DNA of 64,000 nt from the human T2T-CHM13v2.0 reference genome, Homo sapiens. Under the pieces are notes generated by a model. It ran no database searches and was not told the origin of the DNA. It was given only the letters and a program-made list of their open reading frames with translations. Shown one piece after another: positions 41,901-60,009 of the stretch (positions within the stretch are counted from its first letter, which is position 1; every line of letters begins with the position of its first letter). The stretch lies in assembly GCF_009914755.1 (NCBI RefSeq), contig NC_060926.1; one strand, given 5' to 3'. A program made the translations under genes and the position numbers.

Positions 41901-43877
41901 AAGTGATGAAGCCAATACATTCAACTGCAGTAGCATAAAAATTACATGTATACATGTATGTATTTAGTCTCCTTTTCGTCTCATGCAGTGTGTGCTTATT
42001 ATGAGACATATGGATCTACTGAGAGAAAATAATATATATACACACACATATATATGTATATATATATACTTAAACCCTGCCTTCCAAAAATAAGCTGTGC
42101 CAACTGCATATTTGTGTTGCTTTGCATTAGGATTAGTTAATTCTTTATAGTGTTTTAGATGTTTTATGGAATAAATTCTTTAAATGATTCCTCTCTGACA
42201 CTGTGGCAGTTTTTGCTTTCAGCTATGCATATATTATATATGACATGCATATTTAATGTAAATATCTCACACATAGATGAAAAAGTATGATTGTACAATT
42301 TACCACTTACCTTCAGGGGTGGGGGTTAAGAGGCATTTTATTTTTAGAAGAAATTACTTGGATTAAAAATAAACACATCTCACTGCCAAACTAAATGTAA
42401 TTGTAAAGAAGGAGGCTGCTGGAAAATGTCACATTCCTTTGGAAATTGATGAATAAAATAATAAAATAATAGCCTTGTTTATCTACAGTATTAAAAGATA
42501 TATTTCAATATTCCCTTTGCCAAATAGGAAAAAAATGAGTAGCAGGGGAGAGATTTTATTTATCAGTCTTCAAAGATAGAAGGGAAAATTCTGTGTAAGA
42601 ATACATAAATTGTAAATGACATTTAACAGATATCACATGTGAAAGTGCCTTCAATGCACTATTTCCAATTTGCTTAGACAACTTGAAAGTAAAACATCAA
42701 AATAAGTGCCTGTAACTTGCCCCAGAATGGCCAAGCTTTAAAGAGAAACAGTGTTTTCTGATTTAACTTATTACTATTGATTCACAAGGGAGAAGTTGCA
42801 TTCAAAGATATATTTTCAAAATAACACATGGTACTCTAAAAACTTCAAAATACATCTAAACAGCGTTTAAACAAAGAAGGACAAATGGAAATATAACTAT
42901 CATAATTCACATGCAAACATATCTATTCTAGCTTACACTGGCAGCCTGAAATATGAATAATTTGCTTCTTTTAATATACACTTGTTAAAAATCCAATTAA
43001 AGCCAATCATGAGAAGAAAAAAGAATCTACCAAATATTTGTTTTTATACTCTATTCCGGGTTCTTTTCTGTCTCCTTCCAAATTGTAACCTTCTCATTTA
43101 AAGAGCTCAGTCACCTAGCATTGCACATGAACCTAATTACCGGCTTCTAGGATTCAATCTTGCTTTTCATGCCCTGCCTCAATGCAGCTGGCACTGAACC
43201 ATAGTTATATGCCAGGAAAACTACCAGCTGGTAGTACTCCGTGGTATAGCTCACTGAGGAATTTTTAATAGAGCCCATATTTTCAACAGTTGCACTACCA
43301 TGACTAAGCAGGTGGCTCAAAGAGCTCCAAGTTCTTACTCACATCTGCACATCTTTTCACAAACCTGGGAAATACACCAGATTCAAGTTCAGCCTCCACG
43401 GTATGAAACCAAGTGAAATTTGAGACATTCTTTAAATAATTTACTGTATAAACCTGCAAACCTAGACAATTAACTAGCTCTGCAATATTATGGTCTTTTC
43501 ATTTCTAAATGGACTATTTTCACTTACATCTGAGCTGAGTGGATGTATTTTTTATCAGAATAATGTTTATATAACCTTTATAAGAGATATGAGCTCCCTT
43601 AAAAGGTTTCAGCAATATAAAAAGCCTGAATAAAGTTTTTAAACACTCTAAATCCATACTCATACTTAACCAAAAAGTTTAAATATAATAAAGATGGAAA
43701 AAATGTACTGGACAAATAACAACCAACAAATATTGGTAGTTATCTTAATATCTGATAAAATAAAACTTAGAGCAAAACAATATAAGAAAAGGAAAATGAT
43801 GCTATATCTGGAAAAAAGAACAACAAAAATAAAACATAAGCATTACAAACATTCTAACATATATAAAGTTAACTGTA

Positions 43878-44213
<336 letters not shown>

Positions 44214-44811
44214 CTAAAAGAACTGCAAAATAAACTGTACTTTGAGATTTTAACATACTCCACACAGAAACAATAAAAGCAACTAGACAAAACTATATGC
44301 AAAAAATCAAAGATCAGAAAATAACAATATGCTTGAGTTAATAGATTATATATATAACTCTACATGTACAAAGAATACCTATTGATTTTGAGCATTACAG
44401 AACATTAGCAAAAAATAGATCATATATCTAGTCATGAAGGCAGCAGCAGCAAATCTCAAGGGTCAATATGATGCATTTGTTCACTGTCCACAGTGCAATA
44501 AACTTTTAAATTAATACAGAAAGATAATTCTAATTTCTTACATATTTAGAAATTAATTATATACTATTAATCCTTGGGCTCAAAAGAAATGATCGGAGTA
44601 ATAAAGAAATATTTTATAACATAATGACAATAGAAGCAGTGCATATCAAAATATGTGGGACAGAACTGAAGTAGTACATAGGGAATTTATAGTTTAAATC
44701 CATATATCAGGAAATAAGGATAATTAAATATAAACAAACTAAATATTTGATGAAAGAGATTATAAATAGCAATGCCTAAAGAAACAAATGAAATAAATAA
44801 TAAAGATAAGG

Positions 44812-45099
44812 GACCAGACATGGTGGCACATGAGCTCATGGTGGCTCATGGCTCATGGTGGTCTCAGCAGTTTGAGACCAGTCTGGCCAAAATGGTGAAA
44901 CCCTATCTCTATGGAAAATACAAAAATTAGCCAGGTGTGGTGGTGGGTGTCTGTAATTCCAGCTACTTGGGAGGCTGGCCCAGGAGAGTTGCTTAAACCT
45001 GGATGTGGAGGTTGTAGTGAGCCAAGATCGCACCACACCAGCCAGGGCAACAGAGCAAGACTCCTTTAAAAAAAAAAAAAAAAAGAGAGAGAGAGAGAG
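44812..45099 (+). mobile_element. AluS with rearranged 5' end and A/(GA)n tail
   Basis: Alu body from gtttgagaccag onward; TSD agataaggga on both sides. Confidence 0.88.
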
Positions 45100-45840
45100 A
45101 GATAAGGGAAAAATATTTATAACTGACAATAAAAATAGAAAAAATGAACAAAAACAGAACTATTTTTGAAAATATTAGTAAGAAAGAACTTGGAAGCCTT
45201 CATCAAGAAAAAAAGAGAAAAGATATAAATAAACACAATGCAGAACAGAAGGGGTAAATAATTAAGACACAAAAAAAGATTTTAATAAAGTATTAGAACA
45301 ACTACATTACAAAATTTGAAAGCCCATATGAAATGCACATATTCCTAGGAAAACATAAAATGCCAAAGTTGGCAAAAGATAAAATAAATCACTACGAAAT
45401 ATTACAAAAATTTTAATTTTAGTCAAAACCTCCCTTTCTTCAAAAATCTAGGTCTACATGGCTTTACATGTCAATTCAACCAAACTTTCAATGAACACTT
45501 CATTTGTCTCATAAACTTTTTTCTTTTTTAAGAAAATGGAAAGGGACCAAAAGTTAACCCACGTATTTATGGGATACTGTAATGCTAAAACAATGCAAGT
45601 GAGCAAAATCATGAGTGCTTTCACTTATAAACATGCAAGTAAAAGTTCTAAAGAAAATATTAACTAACTAGAATATGTCATGATCATGCAGAGAAATGCA
45701 AGGATGTCTTAACATCCAAATATTTCAGTAAATTTTACCACATTATTTTTTAAAATGTGATTTTTCTGAAGTGGCGATTTTAGAAACCTTTAGCAAGCTA
45801 GGAAGAGCAGGATTTTTTTAAAAAAGAGTAGGTAAATGTA

Positions 45841-46410
45841 TGTGTCAGTTATTATTATTGCATAACATATTACCCCAAAACTTGGCAGTTTAAAACAACT
45901 AACATTTACTATCTCATAGTTTCCATGAATCAGAAATGTGAATGCAGATTAAGTGGGTGGTTCTGCAGCAGTCTTTCACAAGCCTGTGATTAAGATGTTG
46001 GCCACAGTTGTAGGCATCTCAAACTTCCACCATAGGAGGTTCCATTTCCAAATGCACTCACACTGATGTTGAAACACCTAAGACAAATTGCTTCCAAGTT
46101 TATTCACCTAACTCTTGACTGACCACAGGTCTACTTCGAAGCTCACTCATGACGACCTGTCCACAGGGCTGCCTCATGACATGATAGCTGACTTCCCCCA
46201 GAGCAAATGAAAGAGTGTACTCATTTGCCAAAAAAGACTAAAGCAACAGCCTTTTTAAAACCTAAACTCCGAAGTGGATATCCCATCATTTCTGCCATAT
46301 TCTATGTATAAGTGAATAAATCGGCTTGCTCCCCACTCAAGAAGAATACACAATGGCCTAAATACCAGAAGGTAGGCATTATTGGGGATAAACTTAGAGG
46401 ATGTCTAGCA
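45841..46410 (-). mobile_element. MLT1F-like solo LTR
   Basis: gcataacatattaccccaaaacttggcagtttaaaacaac...catcatttctgccatattctat. Confidence 0.8.
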
Positions 46411-46561
46411 AAATGGGATATACCAAAACCTACACCAGTAGAGAAACTAGAAAATGGATTCAATGGGTCAGGAGTAAGACAGAGATGCCTATTGTCTTTA
46501 TGCACACTATTTCTAATGACTAATATATTCTAGTGGTCTGGACTAACATGAAAATGAAAGA

Positions 46562-47332
46562 GGGAGGAGCCAAGATGGCCGAATAGGAACAGCTCTGGTC
46601 TACAGCTCTCAGCGTGAGCAATGCAGAAGACGGGTGATTTCTGCATTTCCATCTGAGGTACTGGGTTCATCTCACTAGGGAGTGCCAGACAGTGGGTGCA
46701 GGTCAGTGGGTGCGTGCACCGTGCACGAGCCGAAGCAGGGCGAGGCATTGCCTCACTTGGGAAGTGCAAGGGGTCAGGGAGTTCCCTTTCCGAGTCAAAG
46801 AAAGGGGTGACGGACGCACCTGGAAAATCGGGTCACTCCCACCCGAATATTGCGCTTTTTGGACCGGCTTAAAAAACGGCGCACCACAAGATTATATCCC
46901 GCACCTGGCTCGGAGGGTCCTATGCCCACGGAGTCTCACTGATTGCTAGCACAGCAGTCTGAGATCAAACTGCAAGGCGGCAGCGAGGCTGGGGACAAAC
47001 AAAAAGACAGCAGTAACCTCTGCAGACTTAAATGTCCCTGTCTGACAGCTTTGAAGAGAGCAGTGGTTCTCCCAGCACACAGCTGGAGATCTGAGAACGG
47101 GCAGACTGCCTCCTCAAGTGGGTCCCTGACCCCTGACCCCGGAGCAGCCTAACTGGGAGGCACCCCCCAGCAGGGGCACACTGACACCTCACACGGCAGG
47201 GTATTCCAACAGACCTGCAGCTGAGGGTCCTTTCTGTTAGAAGGAAAACTAACAAACAGAAAGGACATCCACACCAAAAACCCATCTGTACATCACCATC
47301 ATCAAAGACCAAAAGTAGATAAAACCACAAAG
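46562..47332 (+). promoter_or_regulatory. L1 5'UTR internal promoter (YY1 site 46571-46580) with ~130-bp internal deletion
   Basis: caagatggcc intact; UTR is 771 nt versus ~900 nt for young L1. Confidence 0.85.
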
Positions 47333-48348
47333 ATGGGGAAAAAACAGAACAGAAAAACTGGAAATGCTAAAACGCAGAGCGCCTCTCCTCCTCCAAAGGA
47401 ACACAGTTCCTCACCAGCAACAGAAAAAGCTGGATGGAGAATGACTTTGACGAGCTGAGAGAAGAAGGCTTCAGACGATCAAATTACTCTGAGCTATGGG
47501 AGGACATTCAAACCAAAGGCAAAGAAGTTGAAAACTTTGAAAAAAATTTAGAAGAATGTATAACTAGAATAACCAATACAGAGAAGTGCTTAAAGGAGCT
47601 GATGGAGCTGAAAACCAAGGCTCGAGAACTACGTGAAGAATGCAGAAGCCTCAGGAGCCGATGCGATCAACTGGAAGAAAGGGTATCAGCAATGGAAGAT
47701 GAAATGAATGAAATGAAACGAGAAGGGAAGTTTAGAGAAAAAAGAATAAAAAGAAATGAGCAAAGCCTCCAAGAAATATGGGACTATGTGAAAAGACCAA
47801 ATCTACATCTGATTGGTGTACCTGAAAGTGATGGGGACAATGGAACCAAGTTGGAAAACACTCTGCAGGATATTATCCAGGAGAACTTCCCCAATCTAGC
47901 AAGGCAGGCCAACGTTCAGATTCAGGAAATACAGAGAATGCCACAAAGATACTCCTCGAGAAGAGCAACTCCAAGACACATAATTGTCAGATTCACCAAA
48001 GTTGAAATGAAGGAAAAAATGTTAAGGGCAGCCAGAGAGAAAGGTCGGGTTACCCTCAAAGGGAAGCCCATCAGGCTAACAGCGGATCTCTCGGCAGAAA
48101 CCCTACAAGCCAGAAGAGAGTGGGGGCCAATATTCAACATTCTTAAAGAAAAGATTTTTCAACCCAGAATTTCATATCCAGCCAAACTAATCTTCATAAG
48201 TGAAGGAGAAATAAAATACTTTACAGACAAGCAAATGCTGAGAGATTTTGTCACCACCAGGCCTGCCCTAAAAGAGCTCCTGAAGGAAGCGCTAAACATG
48301 GAAAGGAACAACCGGTACCAGCCGCTGCAAAATCATGCCAAAATGTAA
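47333..48348 (+). pseudogene. L1 ORF1 with a 1-bp frameshift near codon 31; open from internal Met 47434 (304 aa)
   Basis: ATG GGG AAA AAA CAG at 47333; cagaaaaagc lacks the C of cagaacaaagc; MENDFDELREEG...QNHAKM is ORF1p. Confidence 0.95.
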
Positions 48349-48384
48349 AGACCATCGAGACTAGGAAAAAACTGCATCAACTAA

Positions 48385-52236
<3,852 letters not shown>

Positions 52237-52450
52237 ACAATGAGAACACATGGACCCAGTAAGTGGAACATCACACACCGGGGACTGTTGTGGGGTAGGG
52301 GGAGGGGGGAGGGATAGCATTAAGATATATACCTAATGCTAAATGACGAGTTAATGGGTGCAGCACACCAACATAGCACATGTATACATATGTAACAAAC
52401 CTGCACGTTGTGCACATGTATCCTAAAACTTAAAGTATAATAATAATTTT

Positions 52451-54608
52451 AAAAAAGGAAGTTTCCCTGCACAAGCTCTCTCTTTCTGCCTGCTGCCATC
52501 CATGTAAGACATAACTAGCTCCTCCTTGCCTTCCACCATGATGGTGAGGCCGCCCCAGACACTTGGCACTATAAGTCCATTAAACCTCCTTTTCTGTATA
52601 AATTACCCAGTCTCAGGTATGTCTCTATCAGCAGCATCAGAACAGACTAATATGGTAAATTGGTACCAGTAGCGTGGGGAGTGGCTGAAAAGATACCCAA
52701 AAATGTGGAAGTGACTTTGGATCTTGGTAACAGGAAGAGGTTGGAACAGTTTGGAGGGCTCAGAAGTAGACAGAAAAATGTGGGAAAGTTTGGAACTTCC
52801 TAGAGACTTGTTGAATGGCTTTGACAAAAATGCTGATAGTGATATGAACATTAAGGCCCAGCTGAGGTGGTCTCAGATGGAAATGAGGAACCTCTTGAGA
52901 ACTGGAACAAAGGTGACTCTTGCTAAGTTTTAGCAAAGAGACTGGTGGCATTTTTACTCTGCCCTAGATATTTGTGGAACTTTGAACTTGAGAGGGATGA
53001 TTTAGGGTATCTGGCAGAAGAAATTTCTAAGCAGCAAAGTATTCGAGAGGTGACTTGGGTGCTGTTAAAAGCATTCCATTTTAAAAGGGGAACAGAGCAT
53101 AGGAGTTAGGAAAATTTGCAGCCTGACAATGCAGTAGAAAAGAAAAACCCATTTTCTGAGGAAAAATTCAAGCCAGCTGCAGAAATTTACATAAGTAACA
53201 AGGAGCCGAATGTTAATCACAAAGATAATGGGGAAAATGTCTCAAGGGCCTGCCAGACCTTTGTGGCAGCCCCTCCCATCACAGACCCAGAGGTGGAGCA
53301 ATAGCAGGAAAACATGATTTCGTGGGCTGGACCCGTGGCCCCACTGCTTTGTGCAGCCTAGGGACTTGGTGCCCTGCATCCCAGCTGTTCCAGCCATTGC
53401 TAAAATGGCCAAGCTACAGTTCAGCCCATGGCCTCAGAGGGTGCAAGCCCCAAACCTTGGCAGCTTCCAAGTGGTGTTGAGCCTGCAGGTGCAGAGAGGT
53501 CAAGAATTGAGGTTTGGGAACCTCCACCTAGATTTCCAAGGGTGTATGGAAATGTCTGGATACCCAGGAAGAAGTTTGCTTCAGTGGCAGGACTCTCATG
53601 GAGAACTGCTAGGGTGGTGTGGAAGGGAAAAGTGGGGTTGGAGGTCCCACACAGAATCCCTACTGGGGCACCACCTAGTGGATCTGTGAGAAGAAGGCCA
53701 CTGTTCTCCTGTTCTCCAGACCCCAGAATGATAGATTCACCTACAGCTTGCACTGTGCAGTTGGAAAATCTGCAGACACTCAATGCCAACTCATGAAAGC
53801 AGCTGAGAGAGAGTCTGTAACCTGCAAAGCCACAGGGATGAGGCTGCCCAAGACTATGGGAACCCACCTCTTGCATCAGCATGGCCTGGAAGTGAGACAT
53901 AGAATAAAGGATATCATTTTGGAGCTTTAAGATTTGACTGCCCTGATGGATTTTGGACTTGCTTGGGGCCTGTAGACCCTTTGTTATGGCCAATTTCTCC
54001 CATTTGGAATGGCCGTATTTACCCAATGCCTGTACCCCCGTTGTATCTAGGAAGTAGTTAACTTGGTTTTGATTTTACAGGCTCATAAGCCAAAGGGACT
54101 TACCTTCTCTTAGATGAGACTTTGGACTGTGGACTTTTGAGTTAATGCTGAAATGAGTTAAGACTTTGGGAGACGGTTGGGAAGGCATGATTGGTTTTGA
54201 AATGTGAGGACATGAGATTTATAAGGGACCAGGGATGGAATAATATGGTTTGGCTGTGTTCCCACCCAAATCTCATCTTGATGTAACTCCCATAATTCCC
54301 AAGTGTCATGGGAGGAACCTGGTGGGAGGTAATTGAATCATGGGGGCAGGCCTTTCCCATGCTTTTCTCGTGATAGTGAATAAGTCTCATGAGATCTGCT
54401 GGTTTTAAAAACGGGAGTCTCCCTGCACAAGCTCTCTTTTTTGCCTGCTGCCATCCATGTAAGACATAACTTGCTCTTCCTTGCCTTCCACGATGGTGAG
54501 GCCTCCTCAGCCATGTGGAACTGTAAATCCATTAAACCTCTTTTTCTGTATAAATTACCCAGTCTCACGTATGTGTCTTCATCAGCAGCATGAGAACAGA
54601 CTAATGCA
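52451..54608 (+). mobile_element. THE1B provirus: truncated 5' LTR 52451-52654, internal 52655-54240, 3' LTR 54241-54608
   Basis: 3' LTR complete; the 5' LTR starts at the position equivalent to ~54407; both LTRs share atggtgaggc and tttctgtataaatt. Confidence 0.94.
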
Positions 54609-57490
54609 ATAATTAAATATGATAAAGAAAGCAAAGGAAAAAATATTTGTGACTTTGGCAAAGCTACAGTTCTCTTAAATAGAATATAGACAGGTATATA
54701 TGTATCACATTTGGGTTAAAAAGAGAAAATTAGTAACTGCCTCATCAATACAACTAGTTTTGCCCTTTGAAATATATCATTTTTTTCTTTATCAACTTTT
54801 ATTTTAAATTCATGGGGTACATGTGCAGGTTCATTACCTGGATATATCTGTGATATTGAGGTTTGGAGTATGAATGATCTCATCAGCCAGGTACTGAGTA
54901 TAGTACCCAATGGTTAGTTTTTCAATCCTTGTCCCCCTCCCTTCTTTCCCCCTCTCATAGTCTTCAGTGTCTGTTTTTGCCATCTTTATGTTCATGAGTA
55001 CCTGATGTTTATCTCCCACTTACAAGTCAGAACATGTGGTATTTTGTTTTCTGTTCTTGCCTTAATTTGCTTAGGACAATGGCTTCCAGTTGCATCCATG
55101 TTGCTACATAGGATGTGATTTCATTCTTTTTTATGGCTGGGTAGTATTTCATGGTGTATATGAACGACATTTTGTTTATTCAGCCTGCCATTAATGGGTG
55201 TCTAGGTTGATTCCATGTCTTTGCTATTGTGGATAGTGCTACGATGAACATGGGGTTGCATGTGTCTTTTTGGTAGAACTATTTGTGTTCTTTTGGATAT
55301 GTACCCAAAATGGGATTGCCGGGTTGAATAATAGTTCTGTTTTAAGTTATTTGAGAAATCTCAAAACTGTTTTCCACAGTGGCGTAACTTATTTAAATTT
55401 CCACCAACAGTGTATAAGCATTCCCTTTTCTCTGCAGCCTTGCCAACATCTGTTTTTTGGTTTTTTTTTTTTTTTTTTTGACTTTTTTATACTAGCCATC
55501 CTGACTGGTGTGAGACGGTATATCACTGTGGTTTTGATTTGCATTTATCTGATTATTGGAGATGATGAGCATTTTTTTCATATGTTTGTTGGCTGCTTGC
55601 ATGTCTTCTTTTGAGAAGTGTCTGCTCATGTATCTTCCTCATTTTTTCACGGGAGTATTTGTTTTTTCTTGTTCAGTTGTTTAAGTTCCTTATAGATTCT
55701 AGACATTAGACCTTTTGTCAGATGCATATTTTGAAAATATTTTTCTCATTCTGTAAGTTGTATGTTTACTATGTTGATAGTTTCTTTTGCTGTGCAGAAG
55801 GTTTTTTATTTAATTAGGTCCCACTTGTCAATTTTTGTTTTTATTGCAATTGCTTATGAGGGCTTAGTCATAAATTCTTTCCCAAGGCCAATATCCAGCA
55901 TGGTGTTTCCTAGGTTTTCTGCTAGGATTCTTATAGCTTGAGGTCTGACATTTAAATCCTTAACTCATCTTGTGTTAATTATTGTGTATGGTGAAAGATA
56001 GGGGTCCAGTTTCATTCTTCTGCATATAGCTAGGCAACTATTCCAGCACCATTTATTTAACAGGGAGTTCTTTCTCTATTGCTTATTTTGGCCAACTTTG
56101 TTGAGGATTAGATAGCTATAGGTATGTGGCTTTATTTCTGGGTTTTCTATTCTGTTCCCTTGGTCTATGTGTCCGTTTTTATACCAGTACCATGTCGTTT
56201 TGGTTCCTGTAGCCTTACAGTATAGTTTCATTTGGCGAATGGAATGCCTTTGGCTTTTCTTATTTGTTGTTTTGCTTAGGATTTATTTGACTATTTGGGT
56301 TCTTTTTTGGTTGCATACGATATTTAGAATAATTTTTTCCAGTTCTGTGAAAAATTATGTTGGTAGTTTGATAGGAATAATGTTGAATCTATAGATTGCT
56401 TTGGCCATTTTAGAGATACTGATTCTTGCAGTCCATGAACGTGGAATGTTTTTCCATTTCTTTGTTTAATCATCTATGATTTCTTTTAGCAGTGTTCTGT
56501 AGTTCTTTTTGCAGAGATCTTTCACCTCCTCAACTAGATATATTTCTAGATATCATTGTAAAAATGAAAGGGCAAACCACAAATTGTGAGAAAACATTCA
56601 AAACACATATATTAGACAAAAGCCTTGTATCTAGAATATATGAAGAATTCTTATAATCCAATAATAAGAAAATAAAAAATCCAATAAAAATTAAGCAAAA
56701 GAATATATATGAATGCCTGATAAGTATATGAAAATACATTCAATGTTGTTATTCATCAAATAAATGAAAATTAAATTTTATTACATAACCATAAGAATGG
56801 ATCAAAATAAAAATCTTACCATACCAAGTGTTGGTGAACATTTGGAGCAACTAGAATTTGCATGCTGTGCTGATGGGAATGTAAAATGGAATAATCACTT
56901 TGGGAAATAGCTTGGCAGTTTCTTAACAAAGTTAATGTTTTACCTACCATATCACCGTCATATAGCTTCTCACTCAGCACTGACCATACTTCACTGAAAA
57001 CATATGTCTATACAAAGACTTTTACATAAATGCTTATTAGAACTTTATTTGCAATAGTCCCATACTTGAAACAACTTATATGCTTATCAATAGATGAATG
57101 AACAAACAAATTGGAGTATATTTGTTAAATAAAACACTTCCTAGGTGATAACATAAAGTAACTAACATTATATGCAGCAATGTAGATGATTCTCAAAATT
57201 ATTAATGTAAAGGAAAATATTGGGCCAAAAATACTATGTGCATTAATACAATGAAGTTCTAGAAAATGTAAACTCAATTGTAACAGATGACAGGTTAACT
57301 GTTGCTTTGGGTGGGGGTGGTGAGGGATGAATCAGAAAAGGGCAGAAGGAGACTTTGGGGATAATAGAAATGTTTACTATCTTGATATTGATAATAATCT
57401 CAGGGTTGCATGAATATATCAAAGCTAATCAAATTTAGCATTTCATATACTTTTTGTTTTATTTCAATTATAATTCAAAGTTAAATATAT
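54609..57490 (+). mobile_element. Old L1M(E) ORF2 end/3'UTR (54609-54780 and 56550-57490), split by an antisense L1PA
   Basis: aatatttgtgactttggcaaag; aaaatgaaagggcaaaccacaaattgtgagaaaac; ataccaagtgttggtga. Confidence 0.75.
54782..56549 (-). mobile_element. 5'-truncated L1PA15/16-like element
   Basis: Antisense 3'UTR (ggggtacatgtgcagg...gtatagtacccaat) and ORF2 end; possible TSD atatcatt at 54774-54781 and 56550-56557. Confidence 0.88.
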
Positions 57491-58972
57491 AGCTGCTGAT
57501 TTAACTTCTCTTAAGTTGTCAAATACAACTGAAAGTTTGTACATCCCAGACAGAAAATGAACAGATACAATCCGTAAGGGTTTTTCAATTTAGAAAGAAA
57601 TACCTTTCACATAAATATTGCAGCATATAGAGGAAAACTTAACATTTTAGTAAGCAAGGCAAATTATAAGCCAAAGATGTCATAAAAGCAATAATTAGAG
57701 CACTGCTGCCACCAAATAATCTCATTTGGATATTTCTACCATTCTGATGTTACAAAAAAAAATCCTAGAACCTATAATGCCCAGGAAAGAAAGTAGCAGA
57801 GATTATGAGGCAAGGGAATAAGAGAAAAATCTTTCAAGTTAAGGGAAAAATTTTTTGTGTAATACATACTTATATGTGAGTACAAGTCTCCCAAAGGTGT
57901 TTCTACCTCTGAAATATATAGGATCCATCCACTCTTCCTCTCCTCTGTCAGGGTCTGTTCCAACATCCAACATGTTTCAACTGGCTATAGTCTCTCTTTC
58001 TGTCTATCCCTCCTCTTCTTTTTTTTCCATATGAAGTCTGTAACATGCTCCTTGTTTCATTGTCCTATCTTCAAAATTGGCATAATGCACTAACCTTGTA
58101 TTTCTAAACATCAGAGAGATATCTACCTATATTTATAGTTATATCAATAGATTAAGAGATCAACCTATAGATACAGGTATTCATGAAACTATAGCAACTA
58201 CTCAACTAAAGCATACAAGCAGTGTTTTCATCACACAGAATTTTAACTACTGCTTTTCTCACAGGCCATCAGCACACCGTTATACACATAACATCAAGCT
58301 TGGATTTTTTTTTTTTCCTTTCTACTTAACTTCCTATAGTTGTTATCCAAATCTCTCTTCTATTTGAATTCTCATTTGAAGTCTTTCATAGGATAGAGTG
58401 AGATTTGGAACTGAGTGTTATATCACAAAGGCAAGTCTAAAAAAAAAAAAGAGCATAAGACCCTTTCTACTAAAATTACAGCTGCTATCCTGTTGACACT
58501 AAACCTTGACATCCCTTAAGCCAGTTTTGCAAGTCCTTTGGGATGCAAGTCTGCCTTAGAACTGATTTATGGCAATTAATATGGGCAATGGAAAAAAATA
58601 AAGAATGGCTTAAAAACAAGCTTAGTTCTGGGACAATTTTGTTTCACTTGTGCAAGGGTTGATACTCATGAGCCCAACCTTTTATTTTTTGCTTTCAATT
58701 GTGTTCCACAACCAGGTCATGCCTGGGTGCTTCTAACTCCATGGGTGATTCCTATTTTAAGCCACTAACACATTGTCTTCCTTCCCCCTGGATTTATTTG
58801 TGAAGAATGTAATTGATTTTTGCCACCCACCACCAATCCCTACAGGACATTGATAGTACCCACAATGCTCTTTTTGCTATTTCCCACAGGTGATGTTGTC
58901 AAACTTTCCTGCTGGCGTTTTCTTAGATAGGTATAGGTATAGAAAGAAATTAGCTTTGTCCTCTCTCTCTGT

Positions 58973-58975
<3 letters not shown>

Positions 58976-59008
<33 letters not shown>

Positions 59009-59021
59009 CACCACACACCAC
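58976..59021 (+). repeat. (CA)n microsatellite
   Basis: About 15 pure CA units plus a degenerate tail. Confidence 0.95.
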
Positions 59022-60009
59022 ATTGCTAAATGCCAGCAAACAATAAGAATAAAATGCAAATGTAATCAAATTAAGACAATTGCAGTTCAATAAAGAGATT
59101 AAATTCTTGACATGGAACTTTAAAAAGTCTTTTAAAAAATTATATTATTAAGGTTCCCTTAAGTGTGAACAGAAATGTAAAGCTACAGTTGCTATTGATT
59201 ACAACTGTTCCTATTGTTCTTTCCTTTATGGCCAAAGTGCTGTCGTTCTAAACAGTTATGTCTGTTTCATGATAGATCTGATGCTTCAAATTGTCACTTG
59301 CTGGAGGAGACCATCTGTGCTTCAGTGTTGGCATTCCTCATTGTAGAATAATATATTTGTCATATTAGTAACTATTGCAGCCAATAAATCCATGGATAGA
59401 AAATCTGATTATGTGATATGTCATTGACAAACTGTTACTTGAGATTGAAACAAAAGCACCTGCTATCCAATTCTTAAGATCTGTAAGTTTCCCTAAAATT
59501 ATTCATGATTCTGTCTTGTACTGGAGTCTGCATACACACAGTATTTATTTGCCAAAGACTCTGTCTGGCTAAAGATTCTGTGGCTATCTGACGATGCCAT
59601 TATCTTATGCTAATGATGTATCACCACAGTAAGCAGTAATTAATTATTCAAAAACATATGACTGCTTGGTAAGACACCCAGTATAATAGGGTCAATACAA
59701 CTTAGCAGCTAATATAAGGCATAGAAATTCTGTGGAACGGTTTATTTTAGAATTACATTCCACTAAGAATTTTTGTTTTTGTCTTTTTGTTTTTGCTTCT
59801 GTTTTTGCATGTGCCATGTGTTGTTTGGATGAAAAAACATTTTGCCACAATTTTCCTTGTATAAAATTTAGAATTTTGGTAATCAAATATTTATTCATAT
59901 AGATTTTTTAAAAATTAGCTATTGATTTGAGTGAAGAGATTCTTTTACATAGATTAAGGAAATAAGTAATTCTATAAAGTTTCATGAAATTATGGGCCCT
60001 TTAACCCCT

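Noticed and set aside
43220-43235. 16-bp palindrome actaccagctggtagt; also the 14-bp palindrome at 10071-10084 and 9-10-bp stems at 17520-17544 and 31727-31752
   Set aside because: Lengths are compatible with chance in 64 kb.
46530-46769. Antisense ORF in the L1 5'UTR as possible ORF0
   Set aside because: Wrong position; the ORF0 start lies in the deleted segment.
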